From: Stegostoma tigrinum
Taxonomy: Eukaryota
Length of the DNA stretch: 64,000 nucleotides
Direction: 5' to 3'
Assembly: GCF_030684315.1 (NCBI RefSeq)
Contig: NC_081387.1
Location: forward strand, 1,054,001 to 1,118,000
Below, one piece after another: positions 24,085 through 35,593 of this stretch; within the stretch, counting starts at the first letter, position 1, and the number at the start of each line of letters is the position of its first letter. Position numbers and translations under genes: made by a program. The notes beneath the pieces were generated by a model that was given only the letters and a program-made list of their open reading frames with translations, was not told where the DNA came from and ran no database searches.

Positions 24085-24610
24085 TCAGATTGGGATTGGA
24101 CGGAATGAGGGGATCAGATTGGATTGGGGGGGAATGAGGCGATCAGATTGGATTGGGGGGGGATGAGGCGATCAGATTGGATTGGGGGGGGATGAGGCGA
24201 TCAGATTGGATTGGGGGGGGGAAATGAGGCAATCAGATTGGATTGGGGGGGGAAATGAGGCAATCAGATTGGATTGGGGGGGGAAATGAGGCAATCAGAT
24301 TGGATTGGGGGGGAATGAGGCGATCAGATTGGATTGGGGGGGAAATGAGGTGATCAGATTGGATTGGGGGGGAAATGAGGCGATCAGATTGGATTGGGGG
24401 GGGAATGAGGCGATCAGATTGGATTGGGGGGGATGAGGGAAACAGATTAGATTAGATTGGATTGGATTGGATTGGATTGGATTGGATTGGATTGGGGGGA
24501 ATGAGGGAAACGGATTGGATTGAATTGGGGGGAATGAGGGAAACAGATTGGATTGGATCGGATTAGATCAGATCAGATCGAATGAGGGAAAGAGATTGGA
24601 TTGGGGGGGA
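24085..24610 (+). repeat. About 31-bp minisatellite grading into (GATTG)n
   Basis: GAGGCGATCAGATTGGATTGGnAAT repeats. Confidence 0.9.
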
Positions 24611-25349
24611 ATAAGGGGTCTGAATTCAACGATACATTATGAGCTCTCACTGCTAGTACCTCTGGCTCCAACTTCCCTTAACCTGAGTATTCGACCTGGA
24701 ATTCTGGGCACATTCCCCTCCCAGACCATCCTGGTCTGAACTAACACAGCCTAATGATCAAAAATCAGCTGAATAATTCCCAAAAGTCCTATTGCTTCCA
24801 AACTTAGGGAATTGTCTTTGATTCTAACATTGAACACTGAGCAATCTCTCTTTTTAATTAACTGTAATGCACTCAGACCCAGTGGGACGTCAGTGCTTGT
24901 GCTACATCAGTAATCTCTGGGGAATGTCTCACTGCAGGTTCCTCACTCTGTATCTGTCCATTTGGACAATCAGGCAGTTTATATGGAGCACAGATAGTGA
25001 CACTATCTGAGTCAGATAGTCTGAGTTCAAGTCCCATCTGCACCAGAGGTATGTTACCACATCCCCGAACAGGTTAACTTGAACATAGCTACAAAGATCA
25101 GATTACAACCAGGCTCACAAATTGCTAAACAATAGTGTGTTCACATGGTAAATTCAAATTTCACTAAAATCAATGTTAGTAATTTTATCAAATTAGTAGG
25201 ATTTCATTCAAGTGCGTGTTCATTTCAGTTCCTGGGAGTGACAGAACCTGTTTAGATACAGAATAAAATTCCAGAAATATGCCAGCACAGGAAGTGGTAG
25301 AGGTGGGTACAATTACAACAGATAAACTTCCACTACAGGGTCAGCACCG

Positions 25350-26130
25350 TGAAGCAGGATGAGACAAACTTGTGTTCCTTCTTCCAGAAGGTGCACAGGG
25401 AGGGCTCTGTGCTCAGCATCCTGAAGGAAGATGATGGCTCAGGAACATCATCTCAGTCTGGCATCCTAAGGATCAACAAATCCTTTTGTGCCAGAGAGAC
25501 ACGAAGCCCACAGACAGCGGGGCCTCCCAGACATTCCTGTTCTTTATCACGGACATGTTAGACAACATGTGGGAGAGGCTTGACCAGCTGCTATGTCTGG
25601 ATGAGCTAACCAAGGCCCCTGGTCCTTAGAATAAAACTCCTGGAAGCAACAGCTACCAGGCGAGTTGTATTGGAATGTGCCTTTGTGAAGGAGGTTTGGA
25701 GAAAGGTGCAATGGTTTTTGTTGAGGTTCATCCCAAGCAGCTCCGTAGCACAGGACTGTGCTCTACAGTCTGTTCCCTGGGATGTATAAAGAGACAACCA
25801 TCAACTGTGCCTGGAGGACCATCAATGCAGTCAAAGATGCTCTGTGGTCTGCCCGAAACTTGTTGGTCTTCCTGAGTTAGGATTAGACCTTGACCGAGTG
25901 TTGCAGCCTGGCACACTCCAAGGTTCAGGACTATGTGTGAAAAGACAATTAAACCCTGGAGCAGCTACTACCAAGGTGCAGTAGGGAAAGAACACCATCT
26001 CAGGACGCTCTGTCAAAAGTGAAATTGGGCTCCACTCAGTAATCAGACCCTCCCAGTGCCTCAAACAGATGTAAATAGTATCTTACATAAGTACAAAATG
26101 CCTCGGGTTTGTTGGGACTGTCAGTAAAAT
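25350..26130 (+). mobile_element. Degenerate Tx1/L1-like LINE 3' fragment
   Basis: Relics of LLE-CAF..EVW and INAVKDALWSARNLLVF C-terminal motifs. Confidence 0.5.
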
Positions 26131-26434
26131 CACATTCCAATGTTTGTTTGTTTTGCTAATGCAAAGATTCGGTAGAACCAGAGAAGGCAACATCCTGGAT
26201 TCTGCTCAGACTGAAGCCGAGCTGGGCAGAACGCAGTACATTGGAAAAAGAATATACGGAAGAAAACAGTCCACAGCATGCAGGGAAATCGGAGGGATAA
26301 AGGCTCGAACTTCAACAAATTAAAAGTTTATTGCAAACTTGTGGAAAGCAGAGACACCGTGATTGGATATCTGGGACTTTTCTTGTTATAGACTGTAACT
26401 CTCCTCACCCTAAGATACAACACTGGCACAGACA

Positions 26435-26856
26435 CGGTGTGGAGTCCAAACCCAATTTATTGTTTAAATTTAGGAATCATTTTATTATACATGGAGATAT
26501 AATGTATAACGAAGCTTCTCCCTTCACCCATCATCAAAAAATAATAAATCCCATCATCTTCCCCTCCTCCCAACCCCCAAATAATCAAACACTTCCCTCT
26601 GACCCTGAACAATTACACAAAGCAGGCTCTATCAGCTACAGCCCCCCATCGACTGGGAATGAAGGTCTCAGGACTACCCCTGTCCCCCATCTGGGGGAAC
26701 AGGCCCACGAAGGGCTGGTTGGATTGAGTGAACATGAACCTCCAGAACCAGGGAATATATTTGACATTGCAGCCAGAACATGAGTGAGCTGGAGCTCAGG
26801 TTCATTCTCCCGTCGAGTCCCTTCCCTTCAGCCTAATGATCATGAAAGAGCTTTAC
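26435..26856 (-). other. UAA: Probable non-coding 3'UTR exon 8 of the MHC class I gene with poly(A) signals
   Basis: Acceptor TTGTAACAG with AG at 26858-26857; AATAAA (minus strand) at 26486-26481 and 26461-26456 followed by GT-rich sequence; 3' end approximate. Confidence 0.6.
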
Positions 26857-27279
26857 CTGTTACAATACAACAATGAAAACAAGCCCCAGATTGAAGTGAC
26901 TAGATGAAGCTATATCCCAGAGTCAGTACAGAGATCAGTGCAAATCAAAGCTTAAATCAGCAGGTTTGCTAAATAGAGCAAACAAATTTACAATTAAGAT
27001 TCTCCCACTCTCTTATTCACGTAAACCCCCCACCCCCCACCCCCAAACTCCCCAAATCTTCATCAATTCCTCTTGCCAACTTGTTGACTGAAATCCCAGG
27101 AATACGTGTGGGACAATGAGAAGCTGCTGCGGAGGAGATACAAAGGAGATGGTTACAGAGTGAGGCCACGGGGTTAGAGACAGAAAACCCAGCAGAGCCT
27201 CCCAGAGACAATAAACTCCATCAGACATCACCCTCACCACCCCCCAAACCAGCAAATCCATCAGACCCTCCATCCCACA

Positions 27280-27890
27280 GATTTATACAGTGCAGAAATG
27301 GCCCGAGTCTGTACTGATAGAACTACCACTAAGAAAGTGTGCGAATCCCAATTTCCTGCACTTGTCCCATATCCTTGGATGTTTGATATTTAAAAGGTTT
27401 TAAGTCTTCCAGCCTCCGCTACCTTGCAGTGCGTTCCCGATTCCCACCAACCACTGAGTGAAAATATCTTTTATCCCTCCCAAATCCTTTCTGAATCTCC
27501 CGCCCCTTAGTCAAAAACTATGCCTTCTCAGGACTGATCGCTTAACCAAGGGAAACAGCTGCTCTCTATTTACCCTGTCAATGTTCCTCATAATCTTATA
27601 GACTTCAATCACATGACCCCTCCCAGTCTTCTCTGCTCGAAAGAAAACAATCCAAGTCTATCTACTCTCTCTATATAGATCAATTTCTCCGTCCCAGGCA
27701 ACATCTGTGTCCCCTCTAATGCTGTCACTTCCCTCCTGTAGTGAGGTGACTAGGCCTGCACACAATATCCCAGCGGTGTCCCGACCTACGCTCTGTACAG
27801 CTCCAACATTACCTCCTTGCAACGACTGATGGAAGGAAGTGTTCCATGTGCCTTCTTAACTATCCTATTCACGTGCTCTGCTGCCTTATC
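27280..27890 (-). mobile_element. Degenerate CR1-like LINE 3' fragment in MHC intron 7
   Basis: Similarity to the 3' portion of the 10893-11890 LINE. Confidence 0.6.
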
Positions 27891-28327
27891 CCAAGATTGT
27901 TCTGGCCCAAACTCCAACAGCCCCCTCCCCCAACACTGGCCCAGGCCCAGCAGCCCCCTCCCTCAACACCGGCCCACACCCAGCAGCCCCCTCCCTCTCT
28001 GAATCCCAGTCAGACTGGCTCGCAGGGATGGCAGCAGGAAAGCCCAGGGGCATTAAAAGGAGCAGCCAACAGGAGGCCACATCCTGGATGAGATGCTCCA
28101 ATATCTGCTTCCCCCAACACATCCTGCTCTCCACCGTAACCCACTATCTCCAGGGTCAGCAGGAGGAGGACAGACTTGAAGCTCAGTGGGGAATTGTGTG
28201 AGCTGTTGTTTCACACACAGTCAGACAGTGAGTGGGAGAAGCAGACACTGGGCTCGGATTCCACCCTGGGATTGTACAGGAACCTCCCTCTCCCCAGCAT
28301 CTTCTACTCCCAGAAAGAGTCCTACCT

Positions 28328-28374
28328 CTAAGCAGTGGCAGAGGAGCTTGAAGAGGCGTCGCCTCTATCAGAAG
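28328..28374 (-). CDS. UAA: MHC class I exon 7 coding part (TSDRGDASSSSSATA-stop); exon ends at 28326
   Basis: AACAG acceptor; SD/Ser-rich class I tail; TAG at 28330-28328 followed 2 nt later by a GTAGG donor; the repaired CDS totals 1029 nt (342 aa). Confidence 0.88.
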
Positions 28375-28638
28375 CTGTTAATGGAAAGAAACATATTTAA
28401 AAATTGTTTACCATCAGGGAACACAGACAGGGTCACATGGTGGGAGGCGGGGTCAACATGGACAGAGGAGATATAGAGACAAATAAAGGGGGTTTGACAC
28501 AGTCTGACACATACAAACACACAGAGACAGCAGAAGTATCAGTCAGAAATGAAGACAGTGTAATAAAGGGCTCAATGCACATACAGAAAGAAGAATGCTG
28601 TTTCATTCAATAACAAACAGTGACTGGGGTAAACTTAC

Positions 28639-28671
28639 TTTTTGCTGGATTGTAGCCAGTCTTCTGGCCTG
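28639..28671 (-). CDS. UAA: MHC class I exon 6 (cytoplasmic, AGQKTGYNPAK)
   Basis: 33 bp, phase 1-1, TACAG acceptor and GTAAGT donor; contains the class I YxxA motif. Confidence 0.88.
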
Positions 28672-29469
28672 CTGTAAAACAAAGAAAGCTTAGTTACTGA
28701 CCACACCCCCACAGTCAGGGCAGAGATGTGGGAGGCTGAGACTGTTTACTCCCAGCCAGCCACATCACCCAAAAGTAGTTCTTACTGACAGCTGAGTAGA
28801 GGGGTAAGAGGGGGCCAGTGCACAAAACTGCGCCCCCCCCCACCCTGCTTGCCATCCGCCCCCTCCCCCGCAGCCCGAGCCTGTCCGACATCCCCCCATC
28901 CTCTCAAGAGTCTGAAATCCTTCTCGATTTCTTCATGCTACCCATGAAATCTCCACTGGCCATTCGCCTCTCAATTACTCTCTCTTATTACTACATTGTC
29001 ATCATCATTAATCCCCAAGGCTATGCCTCCCTCATGACCATTACTGAGTAGATGTAGCCCCTGGTCTAGATCGAGCAGCCCTGTATACTGTCTCCTATCC
29101 TCCACACTCAACTTTCCATCTGTACAATTTGTTCCCCACGCTCCACATGTTTGTGTGAAGAAAGCTCATTTGATTCACAGTTTCTAATCTGTCCTCCTAC
29201 TCTAACATGACACTCTCACTTTCAAATTTTACTCTCACTATTTAATTATTTCACATCTTTTAAGTTCTCCTGTAACTGAAAGTTCCCAAATATCCAACTT
29301 CCCACTCTCCTCCCACTGAACCCTGACGTTAACACTTCTTCATCCGCATTGCCAGCCCATTCCCATTCAATCTTACCCCCTCACTCTCCAACACAACTGC
29401 CCTATCTCTCCCCACACCCAGAGTCCGCTCCCACAGTATATACCTGCCCATTCTCACCCAAACTCCTAC

Positions 29470-29571
29470 CTCTCTTTTTGTACCAGATAAGCCCACCGAC
29501 GGCCGCAAGAATCAGCAAGAGGGCAACGACAACACCAATTATAATCGGGAGCATGGAGCTGGTCTTTAGCT
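29470..29571 (-). CDS. UAA: MHC class I exon 5 (connecting peptide/transmembrane), 102 bp
   Basis: ELKTSSMLPIIIGVVVALLLILAAVGGLIWYKKR; T-tract CAG acceptor, GTAGGA donor; phase 1-1. Confidence 0.92.
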
Positions 29572-32500
29572 CTGAAAAAAATAAACCGACAAAAAGGTCA
29601 GCAATACAAGACAGAACACAGGCGAACAGGGGCACACTGTCCCAGCCCCTGGCTGCTAAAACACCAATTGATTGCTAACTTGACTAAATAGCAAGGGATG
29701 CTGGGTACGTAGGCCAAGTAAAACTCTGAAGTCGCAAAACCCACAGACCAGATACACTGCAAACACAGCAGCCAGAGAGGAAGAAGGCAGCTCTGCAGAC
29801 CCAGAGCAACTACGTACATCTACAAGAGACTCGGGAAGTGTTGTAAAGCTTAAGGAGCCAAATTGGATTGGAGAAAATATGCTTAGTGTTGAAGATTATT
29901 GTAACTTTATAATTGATAAAGTTGAGATTGTTTTGCATTGTTACTGGCTTCTGTTCATATTGATTTGACCGCTTCATTACTGTGGGACACCTGGGCAAAT
30001 TCATTCATAACATTCAGGTCAGAGGTATCTGAGCTGTTTAAGGGGGAATGAGACAATATTTGGCATCCTGGGGTGGTTTTTGTTAAGAAGTGACCATCAG
30101 GTCCTCTGAAGTTGTACCTATCAGCCTGATATCCTCACAATTCAGGCAGAGCTGTTATTAACAAGATAAAAATCCGATGTGAAAGCCAGAGTTCAAGTGA
30201 GTAACTGAGGATATAGGCAGCTGGCGAGAAATTGACCCATCAGCCAGGAGACCTATTGCCAAAGTGAGGAAAGTATGAGCTGGAAAAGGGTGATGGGGTA
30301 CAGAGGGTCTCTGAGGAAGGCAGCCTGGAGGGAGATAGATGTTTGTCTCGTCTAGAGAAGCCTTGGGGACATATTGGACTCCGTGAACAAAACAAGGAAG
30401 CTTTTATTTTAACCTCCTGTTGTCCCTGTCCCAGAAATGTTTGATGGGAGCTTTATTTTACTTACTTTCAGTTCCAAAGAGTAGAAGAGATTTCCATTTG
30501 AATTGTAAACTCTAGTTGTCCCTGACCTGGGAGTGTTCCACGGCGACAGAGCTGACTGGGTATGGTTTTCGGTTTACTTTGAGTTTGAATAAGTAGAGGA
30601 AAGTTTACTCTGTATTTCAAGCCCTGTCCCTACCCCAGAAGTGTCTGGTAGGGACAGGGTCAAAGGAACTTTATTTTGAGTTCAACAGAGTTGACAGACC
30701 TTGGAGTTCCAAAGGTTGGAGGAAATGTTACTTTACTGTTTAAAAGGAGCAGAGACATTGGCAGCTGTTGGCGGCCCTACCTACTCTACTAACCCGATCA
30801 AAATGACTGCTAGGTGTTTTAAACAGTACCTGGCAGACAGTGGGTCAGAAACCCAGGGCCAGGCATGGGAAACTCTACAGTCAGGCAACGAGAAGGGGTT
30901 AAAGACCTATCACTGTTTAGAGTTAGAAAGGGTCACTGTGCTCTAGTTCCACACATCCAAGACTTCAGGGAGCTGTACCAAGAATTTAGCTAAAGCCTTA
31001 TCCCAACGGCAGCCACTTCCCATAACACAGAAGAGAAACCCAGTAAAGGACGCAGCAATAACCTCCTTGCTACAAAATTGGGAAAAATATTCCATTGTCT
31101 GATATGGAACGACACTCTCAGACAATACCTTTCTTTTTAAAAATGGCCCAAATGGATAGAATTCTGTAGCAGCCAGAGTGACCCAGGACCATGGGGACCA
31201 TAGGCCACGGCATATGGCAAGAAACACATAGGAAATAAGGAACAATAGGAAATAAGGAACAATAGGAAATAAGGAACAACAGGGACCAGGATAACCACAG
31301 CAACAGCGTGGCATGTAGCCTTGGGGATTACTGCAGCTGACCAGCTGGGATTAAGGTCGCTATGGGGTGATTAGAAATCATTCGTGACGAATTGGAAAAG
31401 TTAATACCTGTAGTTAAACCGCAGGGCACCAGAATACAGGAAAGCCTAACTCACGTGGGACAGTTCCAGTCACAATTCAAAGGAGCCTATTTTAGTGAGA
31501 AGTGGACCATTGGGGACCAGAAGGCCAGCCTCAGCATACACTGACAAGTTGGAACAGTGTCGGGAGCTTCAAGCAGCTGTAAAGTTTTCCCAGCCTGCAT
31601 CGCACAGCAAGGTCGCAATATGGAGCAAAGTGCCAGGGGAACAAATACAATCTCCAGTGAACCAGCTCCGAGCCCAGAATGACAGTGTGTGCCTTTGGGG
31701 TCCTACCTCTGCAGGAAACAAGAGACCCCACACTGACACATCCACATGCAATCTGCCTTCACCCCACTGATCGGGGACCCTTCTATATCTCCCAGGTTAA
31801 CGGAGCTTTCAACTGCCCCATCCCCGACCCACAGTCCATGAATGCTGTGACCACCCAGTGTCACACAGGTACACAACACCCATCGCGGCCATCCAGCTGG
31901 TGGATGTCACCAAAAAGGTGACACTGTTTACTTCCTCTGCAGACCCAAACACTGGTATGTTATTTGGATGAACCAAGCCTGTACTGACTGTTAGTTATAT
32001 ACAGGCTGGATGCAGTCCATCCCCCGAGGACCAGCAACCGGGGAGGGGGAGCCCTGGATGAGATGAAGGTGCCGTAGGGCAGGATAATGCCCAATAGTTG
32101 CTCCCACATAAATACAGTGTCACCTTTTTGGTGACATCCACCAGCTGGATGGCTGCCATGGGTGTTGTGTACGTGTGAGACACTGGGTGGTCTCCCCGAC
32201 CCTTAGTGTTCACTAACTGCACTCCCTGATCTCTGCCCTCACTGTCTTATTCCCTCGATAAAACTCCCCCCACTGCCATGCCCATCGAACACACTCCATA
32301 CCCCGACCACAAAACCTGTCTGGTGCCCAAATCGTCTTCTCTCACACTCACAAACTCCTCCACTCTCTCTCATACACTCAATCTCTCACTTCACCCCCTC
32401 TCTCTCATTCAACTTCACAATCTCATTTCTACCATGAAACACTCTCGTTTTCTCCTTTCCTCTCTGTGCTTCCCTCCCTTTCACTCATGCTCTCACTCAG

Positions 32501-32630
32501 CCTGCCTCTCTCCCACTCTCTCCCTCGTACGTCTCTCTGGGCCAGCCTGTCTCGGCCTGCCTGCTTCCTGAGCTGTCATTCTGTCTTGCTCACTCTCTCA
32601 GCTTGTCTGTTTCTCTGTCTACCTCACTCT

Positions 32631-32832
32631 CCCAGTCCGTCTGTCCCCACCGCTCGCCCGGCCTGCCCGCCCCAGTCCGTCTGTCCCCACCGCTCGCCCG
32701 GCCTGCCCGCCCCAGTCCGTCTGTCCCCCTCGCTCGCCCGGCCTGCCCGCCCCAGTCCGTCTGTCCCCCTCGCTCGCCCGGCCTGCCCGCCCCAGTCCGT
32801 CTGTCCCCCTCGCTCGCCCGGCCTGCCCGCCC
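32631..32832 (+). repeat. 40-bp GC-rich minisatellite, 5 copies
   Basis: CCCAGTCCGTCTGTCCCC(A/C)(C/T)CGCTCGCCCGGCCTGCCCGC at an exact 40-bp period. Confidence 0.95.
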
Positions 32833-32839
32833 ACTCATG

Positions 32840-34230
32840 AATACCGACAACAAAGGGGAACATCCCAACAGCTTTGCCCAGAGACTCTGGATCCAATTTG
32901 TCTGGGATTTCAGGGAACTGACCCACACCTCTCTTACCACCAAACAATAGAAAAAAAACTGGGTGTGCACCCTTATCTCCCCGCCTCAGAAAGAGGGAGG
33001 GACGCACGTCTAGGATTTGACCTCCTCGGACACTCCTGTAATACGGCTTGGGTCCTCTGCAAATTAATCACTATATGGGAAACGGAGTTAAGGGCGCAGT
33101 AATCATCCAGAAAATCAGTTTGCATAAGCAGGGTCCGGACTTGGAGGAATGGAAGAAGGAATACACTAAGGAATACCACACAGACTCCCCCTCCACAGGG
33201 CTTCCCTGCTCCTAGAAAAAAGGGAACTCCCAAAAACAAACTTTAAGCCGAATATGTGGTATAACTGAGGCCGAACTGGCCATTTCATTTGGGACTGCCA
33301 GGCGTCTAGGATTCCAACCTGGCCCTGGGAAATTCGGAAAAAGGGGCTGACGCCCAGAGTACCACGCTGGCAGCAACAGATGGAGCGAAAACAGGCCTTG
33401 ACTTATACATGGAGGATGATTGGGGCAACCCCATAATTCCTTTAAAGGTCCTGAGTGCACAAGCTGGCCTACGGGGCACATTTATTCTATTGGCCTTTTC
33501 TGGTTTTCTTAACAAATGGGGTGAGGACAGAAACGGGGTGATATTTGGACCATTTGTCAAGTTTAAAATATTACACAGAACACTGTCAGATACCAGACAA
33601 AGATATTTTCAGAAATTACTCTTGTTCTCTTTTTAAGAAGCACACCAGAGCGGCGACTGCAAGACAGCAATGTGACTCTTACAGAGTGTTTACTGTGCAT
33701 GATGTAAAAATGTAACACGAGCACAAGGGAAACTGATGTATCCAGGATACCTGCGCCGTGACCCACCATGGAGTGTGTCAATGGGACTTTCTGCATCCAC
33801 CCTGGGAAGTCAGTGATATATGGGTGGAACCATCAGCTCGTGGTGTACAGGAAGCCCAAGGGGAATTGCACACCAATGTGGGCTTCTCAGAGAATGGGTG
33901 CAGGTCAGTAGGATGCTGACTACATGGATTATGTAACTAATCCCAGCCATAATGGATGTATCGGGGATACAGTTATCGGAGTGATGTCCTTCCCCATTGA
34001 AAACAAACATTCTGTTCCCACCTGGCAAAGGGATGAGGGGCAGGGAAATAAGGGGAAAAACACAGAGCAGCACTCACCCTGATATACCTCAGAACGCTGA
34101 ATATTGACATTGCAGGCCGGGAAAGACGGATATCCCATCGGATCAGTATGGGCTCCATAAATAATATGCGCACACACACAGCAGCTACATGATAGTGATA
34201 ACCCTGAGATACCAGTCTATTTTCACTTCT
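32840..34230 (+). mobile_element. Highly degenerate LTR-retroelement/ERV-like relic in MHC intron 4
   Basis: Decayed Gag zinc knuckle W-Y-N-*-G-R-T-G-H-F-I-W-D-C (CX2CX4HX4C) at 33257-33298; boundaries uncertain. Confidence 0.45.
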
Positions 34231-34746
34231 GTTTGTTCGAGTTACTGAACTTTGTCCATGTTGGGTACATAGGCCAAGTAAAACACCGAAATCAGAAAAC
34301 CTGCAGAACAGATACACTGCAAACACAGCAGCCTGGTGCTAATGATATGAGCATCATATAAAAGGCAGCAGTGTTCCTGAGTAGACATTTCTATAGTCAC
34401 CCAGCATTCCCTACACCTACCAGTCTTACCTGTCATCCTAACAGGAACATATTGTCCTGGCACCGGGGAGGCAACGCACCATTCTCATGTCTTGCTGTTG
34501 GCTGCAGAAATGTCTGTCTGTGCCTCTGGACAGACGGTCCCCGATCACAATCATTCACTTGGAGCCTGACATACCCCTCGTGACAGTAGAGACAGTCCCA
34601 GTACCAGAAACACGGCGATGCTATACCGAGAGACTGTGAACCCCTACATTTTCCAAACCACCGTTCGGGTTCGGGATCGGGGATCGGGGATCGGGACCGC
34701 CTGCTGGAAACACACCGTATCTTCACACTTTGAGGGAGATCCTTAC

Positions 34747-35010
34747 CATAAAACACAACCAGCTTCTGCCCCAATCCGTTGTGATCCACCTCACAGGAGT
34801 ACTTGGCCTGGGAATTCGGGTCAAACTCCATCCATCTGTGGATCTGGTAGGATCCATCGTGATTGGGTCGGACTCCAGTGGATTCTGTCTCATCGACCTT
34901 CACACCGTCTCGGAACAGGTTTACTTCAATGGACTGAGGGTAGAACCCAGTGGCGACACAGGAGAGCTGTTTATTATCCCTCACAGAGGTAAACGTCACG
35001 GAGGGTTTCA
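34747..35010 (-). CDS. UAA: MHC class I exon 4 (alpha3, C1-set Ig domain), 264 bp
   Basis: VKPSVTF...LSCVATGFYPQSIEV...VRPNHDGSYQ...YSCEVDHNGL; C1-set motifs; CGCAG acceptor, GTAAGG donor. Confidence 0.96.
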
Positions 35011-35593
35011 CTGCGAGAGAGTGAGGGAGGTTAGATGGGGAGGGGAGACAGAGACTACACACAGCGACTCTCACCCTCAGCCCCAGCCTCTCCTATCACC
35101 CACCAAAACACTCCCAGCAACGCCCAACCTCAGTCTCTCCTCCCCAACTCACTGTCTCAGCCCAACAACCACCCCACCCACAGCGTTCACAGCTTGCACT
35201 CCCGGACCCCTACCCTCAGTGTCTCACTCTAACACGCCCCCGACCCTCGGTGTGCACTAACTGCACTCCCCGACCTCTGTCCTCACTGTCTCATTCCCTC
35301 GAAAAAACTCCCCCCACACTCCATACCCCGACCACAAAACCTGTCCGTGCCCCAATCGTCTTCTCTCACACTCACAAACTCCTCCACACGTTCTCTCACA
35401 CTCTCCTTTTCTCCTTTCCTCCTCGGTGCTTCCCTCCCTCTCACTCTCGCTCCCTCGACCTGTCCGTCCCTGTCCGCCTGTCCCTCGTGCGCGCTCACTC
35501 TGCTTGTCCCTGTCCATCCCACTCGCTCGCTCCACCCGTCAGTCCATCTGTCCCTCTCCCCTCCCTCACTTGCTCCACTTTTCTCTACCTGCC

